Notes: generated from the sequence alone by a model not told the origin. A stretch of DNA of 64,000 nt from Rhodothermales bacterium (GCA_965214485.1 CBDCBW010000002.1:107759-171758); one strand, 5' to 3'. Shown: positions 28,856-39,227, counted from the stretch's first letter. Made by a program: numbers and translations.

Positions 28856-30273
28856 AGGCAGCCCTAGCAAGCGGCCGCCTCCTTCGCACCGTCTGCTACG
28901 CCCTCGCACTCACCACTATGGCGGTGGTAAGTGCGGGGGCACAGCCGGTAGCGTGGGAGTTCCTCGGCCCGGACAGCGTTGAATTCGAGCGAGATCGACG
29001 CATCGACGACCTCACCTTCCGATTCGACATCAGCCTCGACAACTCGGCTGATACCCTATATACAGCCGGTCGGTCGGGAGGGGTGCGTCGCCTCTCCCTC
29101 AGCGAGATGGTCTGGAGCGACGATCTGCACAGGCCCACCGGGAGTCCTCAGCGCCTCGCCTTCACTACGCAGGGCTTCATCCTCGGCGGTGCACCTGCCG
29201 GAGGACCGCCCATTGACCGCTCGACCGATGGGGGGCGAACGTGGGAGGAAGTCTTTTTCGACGGCATCAACTGCCTCTTCCGCGCCTCGGGGCACCTCGG
29301 CAACGCCGTCTACGCCTGCACCACCCCGCGCCACGTTTATCGCTCCTTCGACGGGGCCGCCGGCACCTGGGAGCAACTCCCCGCCGTCACCGACGAGGCC
29401 GCCGCCCGCATCCTCGACCTCACCGAGGTGCCCCCGAGCGACTCGCTGCCGTCGGGTCGCCTCGTTGCTGCCGTGGCCTCAGGCGTGGCTTACTCCGACG
29501 ATGCCGGGCAGTCGTGGACGGAATCGGCGCTGTGGTACCCTTTCCGCTGGTGGGTCAACGACGTGGCCCCAGCAACCGACCCGGCGCACCCGTTCGGCGG
29601 GACGGTCTACGCCGGGGTGCAGGACTTCTTCACGGAGTTCCCGGAGGTGTGGGCGAGTGAGGACGGAGGGCAGACGTGGACGCGGCGGGCCAGCGGGCCG
29701 GAGATGCGCGAGACGCAGTTCGACGAGGTGGTCGTGCTGCCGGGGCGCGAGGGCGAGCCGACCGGGACGGTGTGGGCGGGACTCCGGGACACGCCGGGCG
29801 GCCCCGTGCCGAGTCTGGGGGAGGTGCTGCGCTCGGTAGACGGCGGTCGGACGTGGATGGAGACGGCAGGCGCGGGGTGGGGCGGCTGGGCGGTGCGGGC
29901 GCTGGCGTGGGGCCGGGACGGCAGGCTGTACGCGGGGACGGACGGGGGCGTGTACCGGACGGTCGAGGCAGCGGTGTCGACGGAGGAAGAACCAGCGGAG
30001 CCGGGAAAGCAGGGGGTTGAGCTTGGGGCCGTCTACCCAAACCCGTCGGACAGGGCGGTGACGGTGCCGCTCGTACTCAGCGCAGCGGCCGAGGTCCGGG
30101 TCGTGGTCTTTGACGTGCTCGGGCGAGAAGTCGCGGTGCTGCACGAGGGACCCCTCACGGAAGGGGCTCACGACTTCCGCCTCAGCCCGACAACGCTCCC
30201 CTCGGGACTCTACCTCGTCCGCGCCACGGGCGACGGGGTCACGACCTCGCGGCGCGTGACGGTGACACGCTGA
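28852..30273 (+). CDS. BNR/sialidase-type beta-propeller protein with T9SS CTD
   Basis: Four SxDxGxTW repeats (STDGGRTW, SDDAGQSW, SEDGGQTW, SVDGGRTW). CTD VYPNPSDRAVTVPL..FDVLGREVAVLH..GLYLVRA. An ATGA overlap joins it to the upstream gene. Confidence 0.8.
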   Translation: MKAALASGRLLRTVCYALALTTMAVVSAGAQPVAWEFLGPDSVEFERDRRIDDLTFRFDISLDNSADTLYTAGRSGGVRRLSLSEMVWSDDLHRPTGSPQRLAFTTQGFILGGAPAGGPPIDRSTDGGRTWEEVFFDGINCLFRASGHLGNAVYACTTPRHVYRSFDGAAGTWEQLPAVTDEAAARILDLTEVPPSDSLPSGRLVAAVASGVAYSDDAGQSWTESALWYPFRWWVNDVAPATDPAHPFGGTVYAGVQDFFTEFPEVWASEDGGQTWTRRASGPEMRETQFDEVVVLPGREGEPTGTVWAGLRDTPGGPVPSLGEVLRSVDGGRTWMETAGAGWGGWAVRALAWGRDGRLYAGTDGGVYRTVEAAVSTEEEPAEPGKQGVELGAVYPNPSDRAVTVPLVLSAAAEVRVVVFDVLGREVAVLHEGPLTEGAHDFRLSPTTLPSGLYLVRATGDGVTTSRRVTVTR

Positions 30274-30280
30274 GGCGGTC

Positions 30281-31576
30281 CTACCGCGCTGGGAGCACGC
30301 GCCCGCGCACCTCGCCGAAGCCGACGCGGTAGCCGTCGCCCTGCGCCCAGCCGGTCATCGTCACCAAGTCGCCGTCCTGGAGGAATTTGCGCTCCTCACC
30401 GTCGCGGAGCTGGACCGGTTCGGAGCCGCGCCAGCTTAGCTCCAGCATGCTGCCGTAGGAGCCTTTCTCCTCGCCGCTGATCGTGCCGCTCGCCATCAGA
30501 TCGCCGGGGCGGACGTTGCAGCCGTTCGCGGTGTGGTGGGTGAGCTGCTGCTCGGGGCTCCAGTAGAGGTACTTCGCGTTCGAGCGCGCGATCGTCGTCG
30601 GGCTCGCGGCGTCCTGGGGCCAGAGGCTGACTTCGAGGTGGAGGTCGAGCGAGCGCTTGCCCTTTTGTTTGAGGTAGTCCAGGATTTCGGGATTCCCTGC
30701 CTCCGGCCCCTGCGCTTCGCCCTCGACGCGGAACGGTTCGAGCGCCTCCGCCGTGACGACCCACGGGCTGACGCTGGTCGCGAAGCTCTTGCCGAGGAAC
30801 GGCCCGAGCGGGACGTACTCCCACTTCTGGATGTCGCGCGCGCTCCAGTCGTTGACGAGCACGAACCCGAAGAGGTGCTCCCCAGCGTCGTCGATGGAAA
30901 TCGGGGTGCCGAGCGCGTTGCCGGGTCCGGCGAAGAAGCCCATCTCGAGTTCAAAGTCGAGCAGCCGCGACGGGCCGAAGACCGGCGGCTCGTCGTCGCT
31001 GGGCTTGAGCTGCCCGTGGGGGCGGACGACGTCGGTGCCGCTCGCGACGACCGACGACGCCCGCCCGTGGTACCCGACCGGCAGGTGCAGCCAGTTCGGG
31101 AGCAGCGCGTTCTCCGGATCGCGGAACATCGACCCGACGTTCGTGGCGTGCTGGCGCGACGAGTAGAAATCCGTGTAGTCCCCCACATGGGCCGGGAGCA
31201 GCATCTCGACGTCGTCGCACGGGACGAGGGCGCGGGCGCGGAGGCCGTCGTCGTCGCGGAGCGTGGGCGTGTCGGCGAGCAGGAGGTGCTGGACCGTCCG
31301 CCGCGCCTCGCGCCACGCCGGGCGGCCGAGCGCCATGAACGGGTTGAGCGACGGCTGCGAGAACGGCCGCCGCCCCGCGAGCACCTCGCCGTCGAAAAGC
31401 TTCTCCTCCTCCAGCACCGACAGGTCCAGCACGTAGGCCCCAATCGCCACGCCGACGCGCGCGCTGCGCCCCCCCTGCCGCTGGAACACGCCGAACGGCA
31501 GGTTCTGGATCGGGAACGGCGAGTCGGGCTCTACCTCGACGAACGAGCGGAGGGCGGGGTCGTGGGTGGGGTTCAT
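30281..31576 (-). CDS. fahA: Fumarylacetoacetase
   Basis: [44 protein letters not shown] aligns with eukaryotic and bacterial FAH N-termini. Length is 431 aa from the ATG at 31576. Confidence 0.9.
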   Translation of the reverse strand: MNPTHDPALRSFVEVEPDSPFPIQNLPFGVFQRQGGRSARVGVAIGAYVLDLSVLEEEKLFDGEVLAGRRPFSQPSLNPFMALGRPAWREARRTVQHLLLADTPTLRDDDGLRARALVPCDDVEMLLPAHVGDYTDFYSSRQHATNVGSMFRDPENALLPNWLHLPVGYHGRASSVVASGTDVVRPHGQLKPSDDEPPVFGPSRLLDFELEMGFFAGPGNALGTPISIDDAGEHLFGFVLVNDWSARDIQKWEYVPLGPFLGKSFATSVSPWVVTAEALEPFRVEGEAQGPEAGNPEILDYLKQKGKRSLDLHLEVSLWPQDAASPTTIARSNAKYLYWSPEQQLTHHTANGCNVRPGDLMASGTISGEEKGSYGSMLELSWRGSEPVQLRDGEERKFLQDGDLVTMTGWAQGDGYRVGFGEVRGRVLPAR

Positions 31577-31579
31577 TTC

Positions 31580-31681
31580 GGGAGAGGAGAGAGAAGAAAG
31601 GGAGGAGAAAGAAAAGGAGAGTGGCGGGAAAAGAGAAAGGGCTCGCTCCTCTCTCCCCTCCCTCTTCTCTTTCTTTTCTCT
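31580..31681. repeat. Homopurine (42 nt) / homopyrimidine (35 nt) low-complexity tract
   Basis: gggagaggagagagaagaaagggaggagaaagaaaaggagag ... tcctctctcccctccctcttctctttcttttctct, lying between two same-strand genes. Confidence 0.9.
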
Positions 31682-32681
31682 ACAACAAACCGGCGGCGCG
31701 GAGGTCCTCGCGCGGCTCGTCGAAGGAGCAGCTCCCGTAGGAGAGGGCGAACGCGTCGCGGGCGCGGGCGACCTGCTCGGTGCTGATGCTGAGGTCCTGG
31801 AAGGCAAAGCCGGACTCGTCGAAGGTGAAGGCCTTCGAGGACTCGCCGCGGAGCACCTGCCGGAGGGCCGCTTCGCTGAGGTCGATGGCGTGGGCGAGGA
31901 CCGCCGCCCCGAACACGTTGAGGAACCCGTGCATCATCGCGCCGAGGCTCCGGTCGTAGTGGCGGACGGGGTGGTGCAGCCCGGCGGTCGCCTTGAACGG
32001 CACGCGCGCGTCGCGGCACGTCGCCAGCACGAACGCTACGTGCTCGGGCGTCGGGAAGGCGTCGGGCGTGACGCCGCCGCAGCGGACCTTGAAGCCGACC
32101 GGCGGGCCGCCGGTGAGGTTGTGCCGCGCGAGCGCGTCGACGGTGCCGCTGACGGTCTCCCGCCACTCGCCCGTGAGCCCGGCCTCGAAGTGCATCCGCT
32201 CGAAGGAGACGCCTTCCTCCTCGACGGCCTCGCTGACGCGCAGCAGGACCGCCGCTACGGCGTCGCTCCCCGCCTCGACGACGCTGTCGGGGAGCCGGAC
32301 CTCGAGCAGGTCGGCGCGCACGCCGTCGGCGTGCCGGTCCTCGAAGGCCTGCGCGGCCCGGAGGTCGTCGCGGAAGGCGCGGCGGAACGTCTCCGCGTCC
32401 ACCCCGCCGGAGCCGAGGACCGAGACCGGGAAGGGGTCCTCCGGCGCGAAAAGGTCGGCGAAGGCGTCGAGCTCGGCGAGGCGCTGCGCCGGGCAGATGA
32501 ACCGCCCCAGCATCCACGCGTCAGCGCTCTGCCGGTAGGCGGCGAACTCCGAGACGGCGGCACCGAGCGGCAGCCGGGCCGGCGGGAACAGCCCGGCATA
32601 GTCGATGAGACGGGCGAGGAAGGCGCGGAGGCTGGGCGGGACGGCGGCCTTCGGCGCGGTGGAGGAGACGCGGGAAGTCAT
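31680..32681 (-). CDS. Conserved hypothetical protein (333 aa)
   Basis: High GC3, with motifs GFKVRCGG and [13 protein letters not shown]. No family name recalled. It sits immediately upstream of fahA on the same strand. Confidence 0.6.
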   Translation of the reverse strand: MTSRVSSTAPKAAVPPSLRAFLARLIDYAGLFPPARLPLGAAVSEFAAYRQSADAWMLGRFICPAQRLAELDAFADLFAPEDPFPVSVLGSGGVDAETFRRAFRDDLRAAQAFEDRHADGVRADLLEVRLPDSVVEAGSDAVAAVLLRVSEAVEEEGVSFERMHFEAGLTGEWRETVSGTVDALARHNLTGGPPVGFKVRCGGVTPDAFPTPEHVAFVLATCRDARVPFKATAGLHHPVRHYDRSLGAMMHGFLNVFGAAVLAHAIDLSEAALRQVLRGESSKAFTFDESGFAFQDLSISTEQVARARDAFALSYGSCSFDEPREDLRAAGLL

Positions 32682-32933
32682 CAGCAGAGCGTGGGTGGCG
32701 CACGGCGTGGGTTAAGGCACGGCGACGGACACGCAGGAGCCGGGGAGCGCGTTCCGTCTCCACGCGAGTTTCGCCCGGCGGAGGCGGGCTCGCCCGCCGG
32801 GCCGCCGGGCGAAACTCGCCCGCCTTCGGCCTCGCCGGAACAGCCGGGTTGTCCGTTCATAAGGATAGTGTTAGCTTAGAAACCGCCTCAAAGCGCGGCC
32901 CGGCTCGCCCTCTCCGGAGGCCGGGGTCTCGGA

Positions 32934-32986
32934 TTCCAGCCCAGGGGACGCCCTTTCCAGCCCAGGGGACTTCCGGCCCAGGGGCC
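32934..32986. promoter_or_regulatory. Three direct 16-bp repeats TTCCRGCCCAGGGGMC in a divergent intergenic region
   Basis: Copies at 32934-32949, 32955-32970 and 32971-32986, lying 52-104 bp upstream of the TPR gene ATG. Confidence 0.4.
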
Positions 32987-33037
32987 GTCCCGCGCTCCGC
33001 CTCGCTTCTGTTCCTCCGCCACCTGCCCTTCACCGCC

Positions 33038-34240
33038 ATGCTCTCCTCCCGCCTGCCCGCCCGCCTCGCCTCGCTCCGGTTTCCCGTCGTCCTCAGCCTG
33101 CTGTCCGTCGCCCTCGTCGTCGCCGGGGCCGACAGCTGCGGCAGCGACCCCAACGTGACCGGGGCGAAGCTCGAGATGAAAAACCAGGACTACGACCGCG
33201 TCCTCGAGCTCACCGCCACCGCGCTCGAAACGGACCCGGCGAACGCCGAGGCGTACTTCCTCCGCGGCGAGGCCTTCCGCCTCAAGGCCGAGGCCGCCGG
33301 GGACGACGCCGCCGCGCGCGGCGCGCTCATCGCCGACATGGTCGACGCCTACCAGAACGCCCGTGCCAACGGCTACACCACCGACGACGTCGACAACCGC
33401 CTCCAGATGGCCTGGGGCTTCGAGATGAACCGCGGGACGAGCGCCTTCCGCCGCGCCGCCGAGGACCCCGCCGCCTACAACGACGCCGTCACGTCCTTCG
33501 AGCACGCGACGATGCTCCAGCCCGACTCCGCCGCCGGGTACCTCAACCACGGCCTCGCCCTGATCGCCGCCGACCGCTCCCCCGACGCCGCCGAGCCGCT
33601 CCAGATGGCGATCGACAAGGACGCCAGCAGCGCCGAGGCGTACATCTACCTCGGCCGCATCTACCTCGCCGGGGGCCAGGTCAGCGACGCGCTCGAGGTC
33701 CTCGAGAGCGGGCAGCAGATGTTCCCCGACAACGAGGAGATCCAGACTGAAATCCTGAACGCCTACGGCCGCACCGAGGGCAACGCCGAGGAGGCCCTGG
33801 CGCGCTACGCGCAGGCCGTCGAGCGCAAGCCCGAGGACCCCGTGCTGCGCTACAACTACGGCTCGTTTCTCCTCCAGGACGGCCAGTTCGACGAGGCCGC
33901 CGAGCAGCTCATGCGGGCCACCGAGCTCGACAGCCAGAACGCCAACGCCTACTACAACCTCGGAGCCGCCTACCAGAACAAGGCCGCCAGCTTCAACACG
34001 CGCATCGCGGAGCTCGAAGACGAGCGCGCCTCCCGAGACGACATCGACGCCGTCGTCGCCGAGCGCGAAGTTCTGCTCGAGCAGGCCCTGCCGAACCTGG
34101 AGCGCGCCCGCGAGCTGACCGAAGCCGGCGGCGACGACGCGGCGGACATCTGCGGGGCCCTCTTCCGGGTCTACGTCGCCCTCGGCCAGAACGACCAGGC
34201 CCGCGAAGCCGCCGAGTGCGGCGGGCTGGACATCGAGTAA
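33038..34240 (+). CDS. TPR-repeat protein with N-terminal signal/anchor
   Basis: MLSSRLPARLASLRFPVVLSLLSVALVVAG, then repeated AEAYxxLGxxY-type TPR units. Confidence 0.75.
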   Translation: MLSSRLPARLASLRFPVVLSLLSVALVVAGADSCGSDPNVTGAKLEMKNQDYDRVLELTATALETDPANAEAYFLRGEAFRLKAEAAGDDAAARGALIADMVDAYQNARANGYTTDDVDNRLQMAWGFEMNRGTSAFRRAAEDPAAYNDAVTSFEHATMLQPDSAAGYLNHGLALIAADRSPDAAEPLQMAIDKDASSAEAYIYLGRIYLAGGQVSDALEVLESGQQMFPDNEEIQTEILNAYGRTEGNAEEALARYAQAVERKPEDPVLRYNYGSFLLQDGQFDEAAEQLMRATELDSQNANAYYNLGAAYQNKAASFNTRIAELEDERASRDDIDAVVAEREVLLEQALPNLERARELTEAGGDDAADICGALFRVYVALGQNDQAREAAECGGLDIE

Positions 34241-34263
34241 CCGTCCCTTTTCTAGAACCGAAG

Positions 34264-34292
34264 ACGGGGGCGCGGCCTGCCTGCGCCCCCGT
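34264..34292 (+). terminator. Terminator-like hairpin
   Basis: acgggggcgc / ggcctgcct / gcgcccccgt (perfect 10-bp stem), 24 nt after the TPR gene stop. Confidence 0.55.
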
Positions 34293-34367
34293 TCCTCATT
34301 CGGAGAAGGGACGACGGCTCACCCGCCCTCGCCGAGCCTCGATCCTCCCTCTTCCGTCCCCTATCCC

Positions 34368-35570
<1,203 letters not shown>

Positions 35571-35631
35571 GGGGTTAACCCGCCCGGCTCCCCCTCCCCT
35601 CCCTCCGGGCCCCCCTCCCTCCCACGTCCCT

Positions 35632-36390
35632 ATGGAACAGGCGCAAGCGAAAGAGCGCGTCAACAAGATCGCCCTGGCTCGCTTCGAGCAGTGGGCGCTG
35701 CCCCGGATGGCCGAGCGCCTGCCGGCGTGGATGACCCCGGACAAGCTGACCATCATCGGGCTGGTGTCGGCGGTCGTGATCGGCGGCTCGTACGTGCTGA
35801 CGCAGCACAGCCTGGCGTGGCTGTGGGTCGCCTCGGCGGGCTTCGTGGTGCACTGGTGGGGGGACTCGCTCGACGGCACGCTCGCCCGCGTGCGCAACAT
35901 CCGCCGCGAGCGCTACGGTTTCTACGTCGACCACCAGAGCGACGCCGTCTCGACGTTCCTGATCTTCGTCGGCCTCGGGCTCTCGCCGCTGATGGAGCTC
36001 TCGGTCGCGCTCTTCCTCATCGTCGCGTACTTCCTGATGATGATCCACGTCAACCTGGTGACGATCACGCGCGACGTGTTCAAGATCTCCTTCGCCGGGG
36101 CCGGGCCGACCGAGCTCCGGCTCTTCATGATCACGGCCAACACGGTCGTCTTCTTCCTCGGCAACCCGGTCGTCGCCGTGGCCGGCTACGACCTCCGGCT
36201 CTTCAGCGTGATCGGGGTCGTCGGTACGACCGTGCTGCTCTCGATCTACGTCATCTACGGCCTGATCGAACGCGCCAAGCTCGCCGAGCTCGACCCGACG
36301 CCGGACCGCCGCGCGCCGGTCGAAGCCACCGGCGACCGGCCGGGGCTGCCGGAGCCGATGCCGGAGGAGGAGCCCGTCGGCTCTCGCTAG
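35632..36390 (+). CDS. CDP-alcohol phosphatidyltransferase family protein
   Basis: GDSLDGTLARVRNIRRERYGFYVDHQSD fits D-x2-DG-x2-AR-x8-G-x3-D-x3-D. Multiple TM helices. Confidence 0.85.
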   Translation: MEQAQAKERVNKIALARFEQWALPRMAERLPAWMTPDKLTIIGLVSAVVIGGSYVLTQHSLAWLWVASAGFVVHWWGDSLDGTLARVRNIRRERYGFYVDHQSDAVSTFLIFVGLGLSPLMELSVALFLIVAYFLMMIHVNLVTITRDVFKISFAGAGPTELRLFMITANTVVFFLGNPVVAVAGYDLRLFSVIGVVGTTVLLSIYVIYGLIERAKLAELDPTPDRRAPVEATGDRPGLPEPMPEEEPVGSR

Positions 36391-36394
36391 CTCG

Positions 36395-38380
36395 ATGCGC
36401 GATACGTCTACGAGCGCGCACCCCCCGACCGGACGGCGGCGGCTGGTCTTCACCGGGCTGATGCTGCTGCTCCCGGTGCTGTTCTTCGCGCTCCTCGAAG
36501 GCGGCCTCCGCCTCGCGGGCTACGGGGACGACTACCCCCTCTTCGTCCCCATCGAGACGCAGCCGGAGTTCCTCGTCCAGAACCGCGAGGTCGCCCGGCG
36601 CTACTTCGCCGAGCAGGCCAACGTCCCGACCGCGCTGCACGACGTCTTCGACGCCGAGAAGGGCGAGCGCGAGTTCCGCGTCTTCGTCCAGGGCGGCTCC
36701 ACGGCGGCGGGCTTCCCGTTCTACCACGGCGGCGCGTTCTCGCGGATGCTCGAGCACCGCCTCCAGCAGACGTTCCCGGAGCGGAAGACCGAGGTCGTCA
36801 ACACGGCGATGGCGGCCGTCAACTCGTACACCCTGCTCGACTTCGCCGCCGAAATCATCGCCCAGGCCCCCGACGCGGTCCTGATCTACGCCGGGCACAA
36901 CGAGTACTACGGCGCGCTCGGGGTCGGCTCGACCGAGTCGCTGGGCTCGTTCCGGGGCCTGGTCACCACCTACCTCCGGCTCCGGCGGTTCCGCACCGTG
37001 CAGTTCCTGCGCGACGCCCTCGGCGGGGCCGCCGGGCTGTTCGCTGGCGAGCGGGGCGAGGCCGAGCAGGGCACGCTGATGGCGCGGATGGTCGGCGAGC
37101 AGGTCATCCCCTACGGCTCGCCGGAATACGCCCTCGGCCTCCGCCAATTCCGCTCGAACCTCTCGGACCTTCTGGCGACCTACGAGCGCGCCGGCATCCC
37201 CGTCTTCGTCTCGACGATTGCCTCGAACGAGCGCGACCAGCGGCCCTTCGAGACCGTCTTCGCCGACGGCACGGACGAGGCGGCGTGGCGGCAGGCGTAC
37301 CACGCGGGCGTCGAAGCGCTCGGGCGGGGCGACGCGGCGGCGGCCCGCTCGGCCCTGGAGCGGGCGGTCGGCCTGGACTCGCTCGCCGCCGACGGGTTTT
37401 GGGCGCTCGGGCGGGCCTACGAAGCGGCGGGCGACACCCTGCCGGCGCGCGCGGCTTACGCGGCGGCCCGCGACCGCGACGCGCTCCGCTTCCGCGCCCC
37501 CGGGGTCTTCAATCGGATCATCCGCGAGGCCGCCGCCGCGCACGGCGCGACGCTCGTCGACGCCGAGGCTGCGATCCGCCGCGCCGCCCCGGGCCGGATC
37601 ATCGGCCGGGCTCACATGCTGGAGCACCTCCACCCGACCGTCGACGGCACCTTCCTCATCGCCGACGCTTTCTACGACGCGCTCCTCGCCGCCGGCCTCG
37701 TCGAGGGCGCGGCGCAGCCGGTGCCGGATGCCGTCGCCCGGCAGACCCTCCTTCTGACCCCCGCCGATTCGCTCGTCGGCCTTCTCCGCGTGCGCAAGCT
37801 GCTGGGCGGCTGGCCGTTCCAGCCGCGCGACGCGCCCCGCCGCAGGCTCGACACCCTCACCGTGCGCACCGAGTTCGACCGGATCGTGAAGTCGCTCTAC
37901 GAGTCCGAGGAGACGTGGCTGGAGGCGACCGAGGCGCTGGCGACGTACTACGAGCGAGAGGGCGACGAGCGCCACGCGCTCCAGGCCCGCGAGGCGATGA
38001 CGGCTTCCTACCCGATGCTGGCGCAGCCGTACCTCGGCCTGGGCGGCCTCCACCTCCGCGCCCGTCGCCTCGACGAAGCCGAGCGCTCTTTCGAGCAGGC
38101 CGCCCGCCTCTCCACGCGACCGGCCGTGCCGCTCTCGATGCTCGGCGCGATCGCCCTCGAACGGGGCCGCACCGCCGACGCGGTTGCCCTCCTCGAACGC
38201 TCGCGCGAGCTGGCCCCGACGAACGCCCAGACGCTCTACAACCTGAGCGGAGCCTACGCCCTCAGCCGCCGCTACGACGACGCCCGGCAGACGGTCCAGG
38301 CACTGCTCTCGCTCTACCCCGAGCACGTCGGCGGCCAGCAGCTTCTCGCCAGCCTGCCCCCGGCGAACCGGGGGCGGTGA
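36395..38380 (+). CDS. Membrane-anchored SGNH-hydrolase-like domain fused to C-terminal TPR repeats
   Basis: N-terminal TM helix. FRVFVQGGSTAAG..LIYAGHNEYYG blocks resemble the SGNH fold. The C-terminus has several TPR units. Confidence 0.6.
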   Translation: MRDTSTSAHPPTGRRRLVFTGLMLLLPVLFFALLEGGLRLAGYGDDYPLFVPIETQPEFLVQNREVARRYFAEQANVPTALHDVFDAEKGEREFRVFVQGGSTAAGFPFYHGGAFSRMLEHRLQQTFPERKTEVVNTAMAAVNSYTLLDFAAEIIAQAPDAVLIYAGHNEYYGALGVGSTESLGSFRGLVTTYLRLRRFRTVQFLRDALGGAAGLFAGERGEAEQGTLMARMVGEQVIPYGSPEYALGLRQFRSNLSDLLATYERAGIPVFVSTIASNERDQRPFETVFADGTDEAAWRQAYHAGVEALGRGDAAAARSALERAVGLDSLAADGFWALGRAYEAAGDTLPARAAYAAARDRDALRFRAPGVFNRIIREAAAAHGATLVDAEAAIRRAAPGRIIGRAHMLEHLHPTVDGTFLIADAFYDALLAAGLVEGAAQPVPDAVARQTLLLTPADSLVGLLRVRKLLGGWPFQPRDAPRRRLDTLTVRTEFDRIVKSLYESEETWLEATEALATYYEREGDERHALQAREAMTASYPMLAQPYLGLGGLHLRARRLDEAERSFEQAARLSTRPAVPLSMLGAIALERGRTADAVALLERSRELAPTNAQTLYNLSGAYALSRRYDDARQTVQALLSLYPEHVGGQQLLASLPPANRGR

Positions 38381-38740
38381 GGCGCTTTGTCCCCAGGCCG
38401 TGCGTCATCCCACCTCCAGTCAGCGAGTTGACCATCGAGTTAACGGGATCATCGGGGAAAGGGTAGCGAGGCCTAGGCCCCGTCACGTGAATCCGGCTCC
38501 TGGCTCGGCGAGGCCCCTGAAGCGCCCTGCGGCGTTGTCCTCCTCGCCCGATGCTACGGCATCTGGCTTGTCGGACGCCTGGCCGGGTCCCTCCAGGGTC
38601 TCTCGCTCGCCGACGGACCGACCTACGTGACAGAGCCTAGAGCGAGAGGCGGTTGCCCGCGGGCCGCCCCCCGCGCCCCTCCGGTCGCCCCGGCGTCGTC
38701 CCGGTCGCCCGGGGTCTGGCGCAGCTTTTTCGAGCCTCCC

Positions 38741-38768
38741 CTTAGTCCGTCTCCGGGGCACCCGATAA
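38741..38768 (+). promoter_or_regulatory. Sigma28 (FliA)-type promoter candidate upstream of flgM
   Basis: CTTAG-N15-CCCGATAA. The -10 matches 7 of 8 positions of GCCGATAA. The same architecture recurs at 54038. Confidence 0.5.
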
Positions 38769-38823
38769 TCTCCTCAAACCCTCTCAGGGCACACTCACGT
38801 ACCTCACCTAGCCAGCTTCTGTC

Positions 38824-39186
38824 ATGGACATTCAACCTACGCGCTCCAGCCCGCTCGGCGTGGACCCGAAGGCTGTCGAGGCTGCTCGCCCCGCTTCCGC
38901 TTCCTCCAAAGCGTCGGCGGAGCGCAGCCCCTCCGGCGGAACCGACGTCGACCGGGTCGAGCTCTCCCCAGAGGCGCTTGCCCGCGCCGGCGAGCCGCAG
39001 GACTCGGTGCTGGAGCGCGCGCGAGAGACGCTCCGCGACTGGCCCACCCTCGACCCCGAGCGCATGGAGATGATCCGGGCGCGTCTGGAAGAGGGGGCCT
39101 ACCGGCAGCCCGACAGCCTCAAGCAGCTAGCCACGACCGTCCTCGCCGACCTGTCGGGGACGACGCCCGACGCGCGGACGCCGTAG
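38824..39186 (+). CDS. flgM: Anti-sigma-28 factor FlgM
   Basis: 120 aa with a disordered Ser/Pro/Ala-rich N-terminus, VDRVELS, and C-terminal ERMEMIRARLEEGAYRQPDSLKQLATTVLADL, typical of FlgM. Confidence 0.75.
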   Translation: MDIQPTRSSPLGVDPKAVEAARPASASSKASAERSPSGGTDVDRVELSPEALARAGEPQDSVLERARETLRDWPTLDPERMEMIRARLEEGAYRQPDSLKQLATTVLADLSGTTPDARTP

Positions 39187-39227
39187 GCCCTCGGAGACGC
39201 GCCGCAGGCACGCCACAGGCAGCCGGG

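Larger units (their letters stand above)
24963..30385. mobile_element. Putative inserted cassette bounded by direct repeats of the fahA 3' end (no recombinase present)
   Basis: Direct repeats at 24963-25078 and 30281-30385. An AT-richer junction lies at 25080-25260. The content is two translationally coupled T9SS cargo genes. Confidence 0.35.

Noticed and set aside
24605-30385. A search for an integrase, transposase or tRNA gene that would explain the fahA-end duplication.
   Set aside because: None of the ORFs in or beside the cassette shows recombinase motifs (no R..HxxR..Y or DDE pattern noticed). No tRNA-like T-arm (GGTTCGAATCC-type) was seen. The mobile-element call is therefore left at low confidence.
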